64,000 nucleotides of DNA from Octopus sinensis (taxonomy: Eukaryota). Position numbers and translations under genes: made by a program. The notes under the pieces were generated by a model, which was given only the letters and a program-made list of their open reading frames with translations, was not told where the DNA came from and did not search any database. Below are positions 12,267 to 25,930 of this stretch, in pieces. The stretch covers positions 17,794,001 through 17,858,000 of the forward strand of contig NC_043008.1 in assembly GCF_006345805.1 (NCBI RefSeq), written 5' to 3'. Every line of letters starts with the position of its first letter. Position 1 is the stretch's first letter.

Positions 12267-13190
12267 AAAACTTAGAAAACTTAGATAGTTTCGACCAGAG
12301 ATTGGTCCAGGCCATGTCTAACTTAATAGCACCACCTGATAGGATTATTCGAATCCTGTTTAAGTCAAGTTTGTTCAAGTAGTGAGTTCTTGTTGGGTGA
12401 GTGTATCCAGTTTTGTTCAAGTAGTGAGTTTCTTGTGGGTGAGTTGTATCCAATTATGGGTGGCTTGTCTGGTATTCTTTGAAGGAATCTATCCAGACTC
12501 TGTTTGAAGTTGATGGGATCCTTTTCCTCTTTGATCTCCTCGGGACAATGTTAAATAGGGCAGGGCCTGTTGAGGAAAAGAAATTATGTTGCAGTGTACA
12601 TGTATGTTGTGATCTTGAATTTGGCAGGGGACGTATAGCCCGTGGTCCAAGTCTCGGATGAACTTGAAGCTAATGTTAGGTCGTTTGGGCAAAGTTGGCG
12701 GTATATTTTCCACATCGTACAAATGATGTACCGCTCACGGCGACGCTGGAGGGAGTAAAGTTTCAAGGCTTTAAGGCGATCCCAATAGTCGAGAGCAGCC
12801 ATGCCTTCAATTTGTTTAGTGAGAGCCCTCTGGGGTGACTCAATTCTGGAGATGTTTTGTCTTGTGTGAGGAGACCCAGTGGGCAGCAGTATTCAAGGTG
12901 TGGCCGTACAAAGGATGAAAAAAGTGGTATGATGACACCTTGTTCTCTGGACCGGAAAGTTCTTAAGATCCAGGAACTCATCCTACGAGCTGTATCGACC
13001 TTCTTATTGATGTGTGCGCTCCAACTGAGATCGTCATCAACAATTACACCCAGGTCTCTGATATTGTTAGAGGCTGTGAGCGGTTCCCCTGAAGGAAGAG
13101 AGTATGGTTGCTTTAGTGAGGAATTTCTTCCAAAATGCATCAGCTCAAATTTTCCCTCATTCAGTTGCATTTGTCAACAAACGGGATATA
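12267..13190 (-). mobile_element. 5'-truncated CR1-like LINE (ORF2 C-terminus and 3' tail)
   Basis: MQLNEGKFELMHFG...IRDLGVIVDDDLSW...WILRTF...VRPHLEYC and LDYWDRLKALKLYSLQRRRERY are typical CR1/L2-group RT C-terminal motifs; frameshifted; short tandem tail (tctaagtttt) at the 3' end. Confidence 0.88.
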
Positions 13191-13429
13191 TTTTCCGTCA
13201 CAAAACGCAATGAGTAGCTAGTTCCCCAGTTCGAACGTTCCTCATGTATATTCGGACTGATAGTAACTTTATTATTTTACTTATCACCGTTTAGTACTCC
13301 CCATCTTTATTTTACATGTTTAGTGACAGTGAGTTGAGAGTTTCGGCCTAGTGCTCTTCAACTAACAAATGTACCTACATGTATATATATGTGCAAGTGT
13401 GTGTGTGTGTGTGTGTGATTGATAAATAG

Positions 13430-13471
13430 ATAGATACAGAATGATAGATAGATAAATAGATAGATAGATGC

Positions 13472-13548
<77 letters not shown>

Positions 13549-13585
13549 CAGATAGATAAATAGATAGATGGATAGATAGATAGAT
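13430..13585. repeat. (TAGA)n microsatellite
   Basis: Direct inspection. Confidence 0.95.
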
Positions 13586-14017
13586 ACATACATACATAGT
13601 TACACATCGCTGTGCGTCGGTGTGTCTGTGTGTTTGTGTGTGAGTAAGTGTATGTACGTGTATGTATGTTTACAGGTGTGTGAGTATGTATATAAGTACG
13701 TATGTACATATGTCTTTATATACGGATGACTCAAAACGGTATTCATAACTTCATACAGAAAGAATGACATGGAGACATTTGTTCACGCGTGTTCATGCAC
13801 ACATACGTATATACATTTATCTACACATACATGTAAATACATATAAGCGTATAAACGTATATATATACATATGTATGTATGTACATACCAGTCTTTGTCT
13901 AACTAGTAGTTTCTTCATTACAAGATATCTGAAAAAATTTTAGCGGTAATGTCTTCTTGGTTTTGATAATTAACAGAAATGTGTCTCACATTCGTGGTAG
14001 GTACTATATGTACATAC

Positions 14018-14091
<74 letters not shown>

Positions 14092-14324
14092 GTATACATA
14101 TTGACTCATAGATAGATATGTATATCGATAGATATATGAATATGCGTATTGATAGATCGCTCAATTAATAGGATATATGGATATGTATACATATATACGT
14201 AAATTCCTATGTCTACGTATTTTGGTGTTGAGATACGGTAAGATGGTTTGCTCTTGTATATAGAAACACAGTAACTCATGTGGGTATACATATAAACATA
14301 TACATACGGATATATGTACATATG

Positions 14325-14364
<40 letters not shown>

Positions 14365-15179
14365 TATATACATAGATTTATACCTTATATTTATGTTTGT
14401 ATATATATGTATACATACATACATACACAGTCTTATCTAGCGACAGCGCACTCACCGCTGATTTTTATGGTCTTTCAAATAATAAAACATGCCAATATAT
14501 GCAATTTAAGTTGTGATATATTCCTATACGATTTGTGAAACAGTTTTTTTTTTAATTAAAATTATTCATTGCCAAATGAATTTTATTACAAAAATAATAA
14601 ATTTATATGGAAATAAAATTTAATTGCCCACTTTATTCGTTGTTCATAAGAAAAAAAAATGGAAACGAAATAATTTTGGTCGCTATTTATCTTGTTCATC
14701 TATCAGTTTCACTGAGACTCTCGATTGCTTATATGAAATGTTATTAGCAATCTGTGGACATTGCTGATTTTAAGCGAACATGTCTGAAATTAATGTCACC
14801 CCCATTAATATTGCACTGCTGGCAGTAAATCATTTCCTATTTGTGATAAGTATTGTCCTTACATTCTAGATGCTACGAATAATTTGGAGACACATTTGGA
14901 CTCAGGCGTGATGTGTAGATCTAAAAGTTGTACGCAAAGCTAAAGAAATAAATCTCGTCGCATAGAGCAGGTGGTTGCTTACACTTATACGTGAAGGATG
15001 TCTCTCGACATAAAAACACAGGTGCACACAAATATAATAACATGCGCGTATCCACACACATCAAATGTCTCGCTATATGACTGTATATATAACAAGGTTA
15101 TACAGAAAATAAGGCAACAGTAAACATTTGTTGTAAGATTAACTTATGTGTAAAATGTTCTGTTCTTCTTTATTGCAGA

Positions 15180-15480
15180 AGAACAGGTTCCAAGCAGAAG
15201 CAACAAGCTGTCATTGAGATCTTAACGAAGGAGATGTGTAGGTTCTCTGACAGCGATAGAATAATACAGCTTGTTTAAACGGAGGAACCCCAAAACAAAC
15301 AGGAATATGCTTAGATTAATAGAGGTGTTTGAATAAGGCAAACATAGTAAGCACGAAAAGTCTTGCAGTGGGAGACAATCAACTGCAGTAAATGATACGA
15401 ATCGTCATTGCTTGAACAAACTACTTCCCCTGGACTGCTGGGTAGCAATCCGTAGCTTGCTCTAGAAATGAACTGTTGTT
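15180..15480 (+). pseudogene. Degenerate mariner transposase N-terminal (HTH) remnant
   Basis: Translates as KQKQQAVIEILTKE and FE*GKHS...SGRQSTAVND, resembling mariner QRAVIKFL...FKEGR...SGRPST; contains stops. Confidence 0.5.
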
Positions 15481-15846
15481 AGAATGCATTGCTCAAGGCG
15501 ATCGATGACGTTTAGCATCGAAAACTACATTTAAAGTGGTTATCTCAGCAGTTAACGTTTGTTTCAAAGGAGAGGAATGTGGAAGTATGCACTGATCAGC
15601 TGTAACTTTGAAACCAAAGGATAAACGCTGTTATTGCGATCTAATGACTGTGGCTGAATTGCATCATCAGATGCTGGAGGGACAAACACAAACAAGAGGC
15701 ACAAAGGCCCTCCTCAAACTTTTGTTTAGATGTGTGTGAGTGTGTATATGTGAATATGTGCGTGTATATGTAGGTATGTATGTATGCATGTATGTATGTA
15801 TGTATGTATGTATGTATGTATGTATGTATGTATGTATGTATTTATG

Positions 15847-15893
<47 letters not shown>

Positions 15894-15962
15894 ATAGAAA
15901 TGGTAAGATAAAAGAATGAAAGAGACCTCGATATTATGTAAATAGAGAAATATCTGTAAATA

Positions 15963-16132
15963 TATGTGACAATTATTCGGTAGCCATGATAAAATTCCGA
16001 GTTTTGGATGTCGGGGCGGAAACCCACGCCGCCGTCTCTTTCGAGAGCATGTAACTGAAGAGATGGCGGCGTGAGTTGCCGCCCCGACATCCGAAACTCG
16101 GAGATTTATCAACTACCGAATAATTTCACATA
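15963..16132. repeat. GC-rich near-perfect palindrome (~75-bp arms, 17-nt loop)
   Basis: aattattcggtag...ccgagttttggatgtcggggcgg...cacgccgccgtctctt pairs with aagagatggcggcgtg...ccgccccgacatccgaaactcgg...ctaccgaataatt; flanked by TA microsatellites. Confidence 0.9.
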
Positions 16133-16514
16133 CTATATATATATATATATATATATACGCGTACGAATGTATGTATGTGTGTATTTTATGTTTTTAACTG
16201 TTTATATTCTTCTTCTGAAGAGGAAGCAAATTTCGAACAAGAATACAAATCTCTGTTGTTGGAATGTTGATAACAAAACAATCTCACATTTTAAACTTCA
16301 GGAACGACTTTGATATTTTTACTGTTCCACTTAGAGATAGTATTTGTAATGTGCAAGTTTGTTGGTTGATTTATTTTTCTGAAAAGCCTAACGTAACCAT
16401 ATTGACACGCATTTACTCACAAAACCTATCTATGTGCGTGAGTGTGTTTTGTGTGCGTGTTTGTGCGTGTAGGCGTGGATGTGTATGTGCACATAACGGT
16501 ATTCCACTCTGTTT

Positions 16515-16632
16515 CCGTCCACAAGTTCACTCAATGGTTATTGATCGACCTGAAGCTGTAACAGAGTCACTTACCTAAGAGGTAGCTGCTACAAAGCGAG
16601 CATCCTCCTCAACAGGTATACCTGCGCCTACG
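16515..16632 (-). mobile_element. Highly degraded SINE family B 5' half
   Basis: tttccgtccacaagttcactc...cacttacctaag...cctgcgcct is a diverged reverse complement of the family B head. Confidence 0.55.
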
Positions 16633-17876
16633 TATATCTATGAATTGTTACGATTTACAACCTCGGTGGGAGAGATTTCGCTGCGATTTATAGCAAATCA
16701 AATGACTGAGGACAATTTGCGTCCTTGTCACTCAAATCCTCTACTTTTCATGGCATACGTTATATCTGCACATAAGTATTTATTAGTTTCTTGTGATTTA
16801 CAATTTAATTTATTCTATATCATTAAGAAGAAAATTATTGTATCCTTCTTGAATGGGTAAACTTTTGTTAGATTCTCGATTTATTCATTTTATGAAAAAT
16901 TTATTTCAAATTCTGTGCGGAATTCTGATTATCATTATATTTTTACTGGTCTCCATTCTTTATATATCATATCATAGAATATTTCGATTGTATTATTGTT
17001 CTTAATGTAATGCATCATTATATGAAATGGGTAATTATTTCGTTCATTACGTTACAAATACGTTACACAGATTAATATTGATATCTATATCTTTAATAAT
17101 ATCTGATATACACAGTAATTTCGTTTTTGTTTTTTAATATATATATATGGATGATATATTTCTATATAAAATGAGTTGAATGTATTATTCATATGATTAT
17201 CTCATGGTTTTATCAGAGGATATATAGGAATTTGTTTTCATATCAGTCTCTACGTTTTCATTTCATTCAAAATTATATAACTATAAATTTGTTGATTAAG
17301 GACTTCAATGCAGTACCACTGTCTTTCCATCATTGTAGCAAATGATAAATTTACATATTACATCATTTTTTGATACATTGTTATAGACATTTATTTTAGT
17401 AGAAAATTAGCTGAAAATTTGAAAAGTTGAGCGACCACTTTGAAGAGCCTTCTTTTTATTTGTGGGCATAAAATATTGTCGCTATTATATATTTCGGGGC
17501 CGACATTACTCAAGCAGGCAGAAGATCAAAAGCCGTTGAATTATAAACGCCTCCATTTTTATTACAATATAGAGCTGTATCTTTTGTAAAAAGAGTATAG
17601 TTTTCCGAAGTTATAACTCCATCCATAACATGTTGCTCGGTTACGAAACATCCCCTTAGTGATCGAAAATGCACCTAAATTTATGTCTCTCGGGGGTTAA
17701 TACAGTACATAGAATTGTCATATTGTGAAAAAATCATTCTTCACATAGAAAATTATCTTTACAATTAGCACTGTCTGCTTAAATACAATTCTACCTTTAT
17801 GTGCTGTCTATAAGCAATGGTGTTCGTGGACAAAAGAAACCATCCCTTTTACAAACAACTTCGAATATTAATATAC

Positions 17877-18002
17877 CAGTCTTTCTAAATCCAGATGGTA
17901 ATGTCATCAAGTTTATTATTTCACCGATTTCACAAGCTTCTACTCCTTTCCACTTTCCCGTTGTAACTGCATAGTTAAAAGTTTTCCCTTCATATATGGT
18001 GC
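17877..18002 (-). CDS. Candidate coding exon, phase 1-1: (G)TIYEGKTFNYAVTTGKWKGVEACEIGEIINLMTLPSGFRKT
   Basis: Acceptor ttatttcattag, donor CTG|gtatat, 126 nt, open symmetric frame, unique sequence with protein-like composition; protein not recognised. Confidence 0.55.
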
Positions 18003-18618
18003 CTAATGAAATAATTCAGCTCTGTTCTTACGTTGTGAAAACTTGTCGTCTACGGAAACAGCTGTCGGCAACAATTCTGCAGAGATGAGGTTGTTTATAA
18101 AATATGAAATACGTCATATCAAAATTAATAGTGTACACATTAAAATGAAAAATGAGTTGTCTGTCTCGAGGTTATTCGGCTTTGTGTGCGTGCGGATTAG
18201 TTTATATGTGCTCACTGAATATTTTACACCTATTCTGAAGGAAAACATCTTATTTTAATATTATTTAGTTGTCTTTTGTTTCGAGAAAGATAAGGTTTAC
18301 CAGAACAAAAGCAGCATAGAATTTTCCTGCTGTGATGTATGTGTTTCATACTGTTGGTATATATCAGGCTGGGTAAGAGGTAAGCAACGTTTTGAAACAT
18401 GAAATTCATCACAATATATTTCAACAAATCGGAAAGTTATTCATCAATCTAACTACCATTACAATTACTATGTTTATCGCGCTTAACATAGTAAAAGTTC
18501 GACACCTTATTATCAGACTTTAAGAAAATAATAATTGATATAACATGGTTGATTAGTGCTATCCTCGATTTAGAGCCCTGAGCTGGACTTCACTTCTGAA
18601 TGATGTAAATGAATATTG

Positions 18619-18751
18619 TTTCCCAACCGCATGATTCCAGGTTTAGGCCTTCTGCGTGGTAACCTGGGCAAGTGTATTCCACTATAGCCTTGGGCTGACC
18701 AAAGCCTTGTGAGTGAATTTGGTAGACAGAAACTGAAAGAAACCCGTCGTA

Positions 18752-18824
<73 letters not shown>

Positions 18825-19025
18825 GTGTGTATATGTTTGTGTGTCTGTGTTTGTCCCCCCCAACATCGTTTGACAACATATGCTGGTGGGTTTACATCCT
18901 CGTAACTTAGCGGTTCGGCAAAAGGGACTGATAGAATAAGCCCTGGGTTCGATTTGCTCGACTAAAGGCGGTGCTCCACCATAGCCATAGTGACATGACT
19001 GAAACAATTAAACGAGTAAAAGAGT
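18619..19025 (+). mobile_element. SINE family B with internal (TA)n(TG)n
   Basis: ccaaagccttgtgagtgaatttggtagac, gaaacccgtcg-microsatellite, cgactaaaggcggtgctcca...gactgaaaca tail with gagtaaaagagt repeats. Confidence 0.88.
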
Positions 19026-19079
19026 ATATATATATATATATATATACATAATACAAACACACACACACACACATACACA

Positions 19080-19146
<67 letters not shown>

Positions 19147-19161
19147 TATATATATATATGT

Positions 19162-19571
19162 ATATATTTATAAAAAAGAAGTTTGAAAACGCCACTATAT
19201 ACGATAAATTTTTATTTTCTTAGCAATTTTACATCTTTCGGTTCTTCTTGAAAAAACGAACCTTATGAAAGATATTTTTAAAAGTTAAGTGTAATAAAAA
19301 AGTTCATAATTCTTTTTTCCAACTTCACCCAACGAATCTAGTCAACACACAATCAGCTATTATGCTCCCCACCCACAAAAAACCACCACGAGCGTGGTTT
19401 CTATTGAGACTAGTAAGAAACCATTATGAACTTTTTTATTACACTTAACTTTTAAAAATATTTTTGATAAGATTCGTTTTTTCAAGAAGAACCGAAACCT
19501 GTAACATTTCTAAGAAAATTAAAATTTATCTTGTATAATAGCGTTTTCAAACTTCTTTTTTATAAATATAT
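19162..19571. mobile_element. Foldback/MITE-like element (~149-bp inverted arms, 112-bp spacer)
   Basis: 19162-19310 is the reverse complement of 19423-19571 (e.g. aaaaaagaagtttgaaaacgc / gcgttttcaaacttctttt); ends lie in TA-rich context. Confidence 0.85.
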
Positions 19572-20316
19572 GCCTACTCGTATACCACCTACACTTATAA
19601 ATATATACATATATACAAGAAAAATAAAAGTTGAAAATGCACTGAGAATAGTTAAAATATATTTTATTATTATATTTAAAGATTTAACCGATATTACAGA
19701 TTACACTGATTTTCGAAAAAGTGAAATAGAAAGACTAGAAAGACGTAGCTGATGTCGCAACTGTCTCATTTCTGAGTAGTGTTTGAAGTTTGCCATGTTT
19801 TTATATGGAGCTTGCTCTACTTTTATACGATTTCATAGCTCAAATTAGTATATGATTTGAATGGGATTTAATCGATAGAAGATAGTCACATGATTGGTCT
19901 TAGAAATATTTGTAGCAAGCGGAATATTGAACACCTTAAGGATTTTTTTTCCTCCAATCGAGCAATATGCATTGTACTTACGAGATACGTTTATATCTCT
20001 GCAAATATATATGATGGAGGGATAAATATGCCAATATATGCTATATTCCGGAGATACATAGGGAAAGAAGTGACAGTGGAGTTGCGTTATATATAAAAAA
20101 TATTACACTCTTAGCCCTGTTGTCACATTTAGAACTCGGTCTGAAGATGGGCAAAGAGCTAGACACACGACTAGTAGTTCAATAGAAGGCAACAATGAGA
20201 AGTTAGGTTATTTTTACACTTACCACCGTAAGCGAAACGTCAAACTGTTGTGAAATTACCGTTAAAAGATAGTACGTCACAGACATATATGGATTACTCT
20301 AAGTTTTATGTATGTA

Positions 20317-20572
20317 CAGAATTGGCCAGAAGTCACCCGACATTAAATCAAAATTCCATAAAAAGTCAATGTCATTTTATTTATTCATTCCAATTATCAA
20401 TGATTAATAATTGAATGCTGTGAGTTAAAATCACCTTTCCTGTTTTTTTTTGTTTTCAATATTTGTCTATTTATTAGTGAAATCTCATATAAAATATATT
20501 TTGTTTTAATCTTGGAATTAAATGGATTTTGATTATATACACGGTTGGCCCAGGTGACTTTGGGCAACCCTG
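20317..20572. mobile_element. Non-autonomous Tc1/mariner MITE
   Basis: TA|cagaattggccagaagtcacccg at the left and caggtgactttgggcaaccctg|TA at the right are imperfect CAGGG-type TIRs with TA target duplication. Confidence 0.75.
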
Positions 20573-20574
20573 TA

Positions 20575-20619
<45 letters not shown>

Positions 20620-20636
20620 ATATGTCTGTCTGTATG

Positions 20637-20667
<31 letters not shown>

Positions 20668-21559
20668 GTATATATATATATATATATATATATATCGACA
20701 GATAGATATGAATATAGATATAATAGACATATAATATATATGTATATATAATTATATATATACACATACATATAAATACATGTATATACATACATATATA
20801 TAATATATATACGTACATACTTATAGATAGATAAATAATTGTGTGTGACTAAATACATGTGTGTGTGTAAGTATATGTATACATATAAATATACACACAC
20901 ACACACACACACATATATATATGTGTATGATATTCATACATACACATACACACATACACATTGCCCGAAGAAAAGCAATGTGATGAATTACAAATTAAAT
21001 AGCACCTAACCACCATACAGATGCTCAAGGCGAATGTATTATCTTGATTCCGTGTTTAGACACGTTGTCTTCGTTTATTTATCTCGCTTCTATCTGCCTG
21101 CTAGGTAAAAATTTTAAAAAATGCACTCAAATTATTTAATCCTTTATATTTTCTCATTGACTGTTGCTGTCTTATCAAGATACCACAATCTATGAAGACG
21201 TGTATAGAAACTCATTTTTCAGCCGTATTTAAAGTGTATCAGCACACTGATACAATGGGGAAATATTAGTCTTCCGGTATGTTATTTACTTGATATATAT
21301 CGATAATGTTCGCTAATGGGCCTTCGTCAGACACTAGGTCTAATATTTGTAGTCGATGTACTGTTATATTTTTCAGTGACTACCGTCTGTCACATTCTTC
21401 AATATCATGATATATGACGTAATGAATATAGATAAGGAATTAAATTTTAATTTTAGTATATTGTTATCGTATATTGACTTGCCAGCTTTTGTAATTCCAG
21501 ATTAAAGGAGACGGCTGTAATAGCACTTTGAACACATCCTACCAAACACGGCGTGTCAC

Positions 21560-22262
21560 ATCTGACTTATTTGCAGAATGCAGTCGAGCGTTTGAAAGAT
21601 TGTTATCCAATAAAGTATTTTATTGAATTGCATTAAAACGCCCCAGAAACGTATGAAATGCTACAGATTGCTTATTTATTAAATTCTCGTTGGCGCAAGA
21701 AGTTCAAGAACGGCAAAGCGGAGCTGAGAGGCAATGAGAGGTGTAGGATAGAGAAGCACATCAGATTATTAGAGCTTGTTGAGAAAATTAGTAATTTTCA
21801 GGATAAAGACCTTTATGTATCTATAAAGACATGGTTTGCAATGAGTGTCTCAACTGTGCTGAGAATTGTTCACGAAAACTTGAATATTCACAATATTTGT
21901 GCAAAGTTTGTTCCCAGAGTTTTCAGTGGCGAACATCTCTAGTAAGTATCCTGACAAAGGTGAATATCAAAACTGTTCCTCAGGCTCCCTACTGTCCGCA
22001 CCTCTCTTACTATAAATTTTGGTTGTTTTCCCAACGGAAAACAACCTCATTGGCATTTATTTTAAATGGAAGGTTGCTTCACAGGAGTTCTGAACACATT
22101 CACTTTGGAAGGCTTCCATCACGACTTCAGGAACTGGCTGAAGCGCTACATCAGGTGCGTTGAAGTCAAACAGTTTTCTTTGAAGGAAATTAAAGTATGT
22201 GCCTGTTTATATTAATAAAAGCCAGCCTAAATACTCTGAAATCTTATGGAATGAACCTTATA
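21560..22262 (+). pseudogene. Internally deleted mariner transposase remnant
   Basis: WRKKFKNGK, STVLRIVHENL..ICAKFVPRVFS (WVPHEL-like motif) and PQAPYCPHLSYYKFWLFSQ (YSPDL-like motif); stops and frameshifts. Confidence 0.8.
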
Positions 22263-23425
22263 CAAGAGAGACGGAAGCAGTAAATAATTCTCCATGGGTG
22301 TTGCAGACACATAACCGTTGAAATCTAAGCCTGAGAGTACAGTACAAATGCTGAACGTGAAGTAAAATGAAATAATTGCATCATCAGTAGAGTGATTACA
22401 TAAGATCCTAGTTGTGATGGAGGTTGCATGGACAGCGGAGAGAAAAGTGTGCTGCAGCATGAGTTAAAAGAGCTTAACAATTCCCTCATTTATTTGAGTC
22501 AATAATACATGACATCACTGATGGACGTGGAACTTTTGGAAAGTATCAAAATCGGTGTCATTAACTTTCGACATATGTCGCGGTGAATCTCTCGCAGTGC
22601 AAATATCCGGTATAATATTAATATATGCACTCTTAGAAAAGTCCTACCAAGACACATTTTTTAAAATTCTTGTTTACTTTTCAAAGTACGTGCAAATTAC
22701 CGCTGATGACATAATATTAGTCGGGGTTATGGGAACATATACTTTCTCGAATAATTTAGAATGTATCCCATATTAACATTCTTTCAATGACATTTTATTT
22801 CACCGATGAAAAGAACATATTTATGCTAACATCTCTCAAATAATAACTTTAAAATAGAATATTTTGGGAATGTTGACGCATGGTTCGTATATTCGATCAT
22901 GCCTGCTTCCTGTAACTTTACCCTACAGTTTGTTATAACATTAAAACGTTTCAATTGCATTACAAAATGCAGATAAAATATAATCAGACGTTGTAATTAT
23001 AGTGACTACACTCTTAGAAATTAATATTCTTTATAATTAATTTTAATGATTTTAATTTCTTATACTTGGTGCATTAGTGAATTTTACATTCTAAACTTCG
23101 TAGAAAACCTGTAACATTTCACACGATGTCAGACATGCATGTGCGATTTAATTCTAATATGCATACCACACATACACCCATCCTACCCACATGTAATGAA
23201 TCTAATAACACATTCGTACTTTCTTTTTAACGATTTGAAAGAGTGTTGACTGCCAAATTAATCCAATTTTTAATTACAAAAGCATTGTTAATAATATATT
23301 TCTTGAAATATGTTACGAGCGCAGCAGTCCAAACCGATAAACTTTGGTTTGTGTTGGAGAGAAACATTTCTTTTGAGTAAAATGTTACAATACATATATA
23401 CATATACACAACACACACACACACA

Positions 23426-23491
<66 letters not shown>

Positions 23492-23496
<5 letters not shown>

Positions 23497-23995
23497 GGTG
23501 TAAATAAATATTCGTACGTATCAAAATTCTTTATTTATTTAATTTCTAATGAAAATAAGTGTGATATACCAATTCTATATTTACATACACATGCATAAAC
23601 TAAGAATATGCAAAAGAAACTAATAAATTATAGTAACTAAGGAATGTATATTCAATTATAAATATTTAGGGGTGAAAAAGTATTCGTACACAACATAAAT
23701 AACTGATAATTGAGATTTAATGCTTCGTAGCATAACCATTATTCAGTTCCACTTCAACCAATATCTTCTTGCAGTTCTTGATCAATGACTCGCATGTTTC
23801 TTTAGGAATTTTTTCCCATTCTTCTTGACAAATTTTCTTTAAATCTGTAATGCACGTTGGGTCTCTTGAATGAATTTTAACTTTCAAATAATGCCAGAAA
23901 TTTTCAATGTGGTTCAAGTCAGGTGACTGGCTTGGCCATTTTAATAATCTTATATTGTGATAGACAATCCATTTTTTAAATGATTGAAACATATA
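23492..23995 (-). mobile_element. Tc1 element 3' remnant: transposase C-terminus plus IR/DR-type terminal repeat
   Basis: 23717-23992 encodes LLKWPSQSPDLNHIENFWHYLK...QEEWEKIP...NGYATKH (classic Tc1 WPSQSPDLNPIE motif); direct repeats gtgggtgtaaataaatattcgtac (~23494) and ggggtgaaaaagtattcgtac (~23669). Confidence 0.85.
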
Positions 23996-24163
23996 AAAGA
24001 ATAAAAGATTACATACACCTGTGTATGTGTTTGTGTGTGTCTTTGTAGAATTATATAAGTAAGATAAATTAAGATTGGCTCGCGCATTTCTGACTTAATA
24101 GCACGAACTGACGTTCAGTGATCTTTAAGTTAATTTTCGTTATAACATGGACCACCCAAATAG

Positions 24164-24164
<1 letters not shown>

Positions 24165-24250
<86 letters not shown>

Positions 24251-24325
24251 GTCTGTCTGTCAGTCTGTATGTCTGTTTATTTATCTGTCTATCTATCTTT
24301 CTATCTATCCATCTATCTATCTATC

Positions 24326-24381
<56 letters not shown>

Positions 24382-24420
24382 ATGAGAGAATGAGAGAATG
24401 AGAGAGAGAGACAGAGACAG
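24165..24420. repeat. Compound (TCTA)n/(TA)n/(GA)n microsatellite
   Basis: Direct inspection. Confidence 0.9.
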
Positions 24421-24707
24421 ACAGGCAGAGAGAGGAAGAGAGTGATACATACATATATATATAGATTTTTGTGTCTGTATATTATTCATATAAGTATAGA
24501 TATAAGTATGCATACGTATATATATATATATATTTACGTCAAAATGGAAAAGTGAGAATGTGTGTTCAACACCACATTGGATAAATTCCATCTCAAATGG
24601 AAGCGATTACCAACATTCCCACGCAGTACGCTTAAAAAGTTTAAAGATGTCTCATTAATTACATGAAATCAATAATAGTCATGCTAACGCCAAAAATTAA
24701 AGGAAGT

Positions 24708-24742
<35 letters not shown>

Positions 24743-25419
24743 GATATATAGATAGATGTTTATGTATATATATAGAGAGATGTTTATATATATATAAATA
24801 TATATACATATATATACATACATATATATATACATATGCACACATATATACACATATATGTATATAAGCATGAATATATGGAAATATATATAAATGTGTG
24901 TGTATATATATATATTATATATATATATATATATATATGTTGTGTTTGTGTATGTATATACGTAATAATAGGATTATATTCATATTCTTATTCTTATCTC
25001 CTATTGTCATAAAGTCAATGGAGTCTATATTATCTGAATAAATAAGTAATTAAAATGTATAAATGCTGCAGATGAACTTTGATGCAATAAATGGATTATT
25101 GGACTTCCACAAGACATCCTTTGACAATAATTCTTCTCTATTCAAATGTTACATTAATTGATGAAGTCTCTAAAGTAAAGAACTATATTGGCATATAATT
25201 GTTCCTTTCCAACAATAAAATAGACTTTTACTGATCGGCTAAATTACCTTTCTTTTTGAATTATATAAAAGATTTTTTTCTATTTCTCAATTCTGATTAT
25301 GTAATCCATCATCGATTCATAATATCCAGAGTATTCTTGCTATAAGAATATTTGCGAGTTTAACGTTTAATATTGATTTCAAGTTTCTGCATAAGTCCAG
25401 CAATTTTGGAGGATGCAGT

Positions 25420-25530
25420 AAATTGATTACATGGTCCCCAGTTGTATATTGCTACTTATTTTAGCGACCCCGGAAGGATAAAATTATAAGTTGACCTCGG
25501 CGGAGTTTGTACACGAAACGTAAAGAGAGA
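25420..25530 (-). mobile_element. Degraded SINE family A fragment
   Basis: ttagcgaccccggaaggata...agttgacctcggcggagttt is the reverse complement of the central body. Confidence 0.6.
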
Positions 25531-25569
25531 GAATAAAACTGAACATTTTCTCCTGCACTTGAAGGATTC

Positions 25570-25930
25570 TTTTCTACTCAAGGCACAAAGCTCGAAATTT
25601 TTGGAGATGATGTTAGTCCCTAGTATGCAACTGGTTCTTAATTTATCGACACTGAAAGGATGAAAGGCAAAGTCGATTTAGGCGGAATTTGAACTCAGAA
25701 CGCAAAGACAGACGAAATACCTATTTCTTTACTACCCACAAGGGCGAGGGTTTAAATCGATTACATCACCCCAATGCCCACCCAGTGTTCAACTGATACT
25801 TATTTTATCGACGCTGTAGGGATGGAAAGCAAAGTCGATTCGGCAGCATTAGAAATCTGACGGTGAAGACGGACAAAATGCGGCTAAACATTTTGCCCAG
25901 CATGCTAACGATTCTGCCCGCACACCGCCT
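25570..25930 (-). mobile_element. SINE family A dimer
   Basis: Head near 25930; junction cgaaatacctatttctttactaccc near 25712 (reverse complement of aaagaaataggtatttcgtctg); second unit ends in the ttgtgccttgagtagaaaa tail. Confidence 0.8.

Noticed and set aside
17460-17700. piggyBac-like end (ctcggggg followed by TTAA)
   Set aside because: No matching left TIR or transposase sequence found.
21222-21280. Plus-strand 54-nt canonical mini-exon (PYLKCISTLIQWGNISLP)
   Set aside because: Isolated, with no partner exons; it illustrates the chance rate of such matches.
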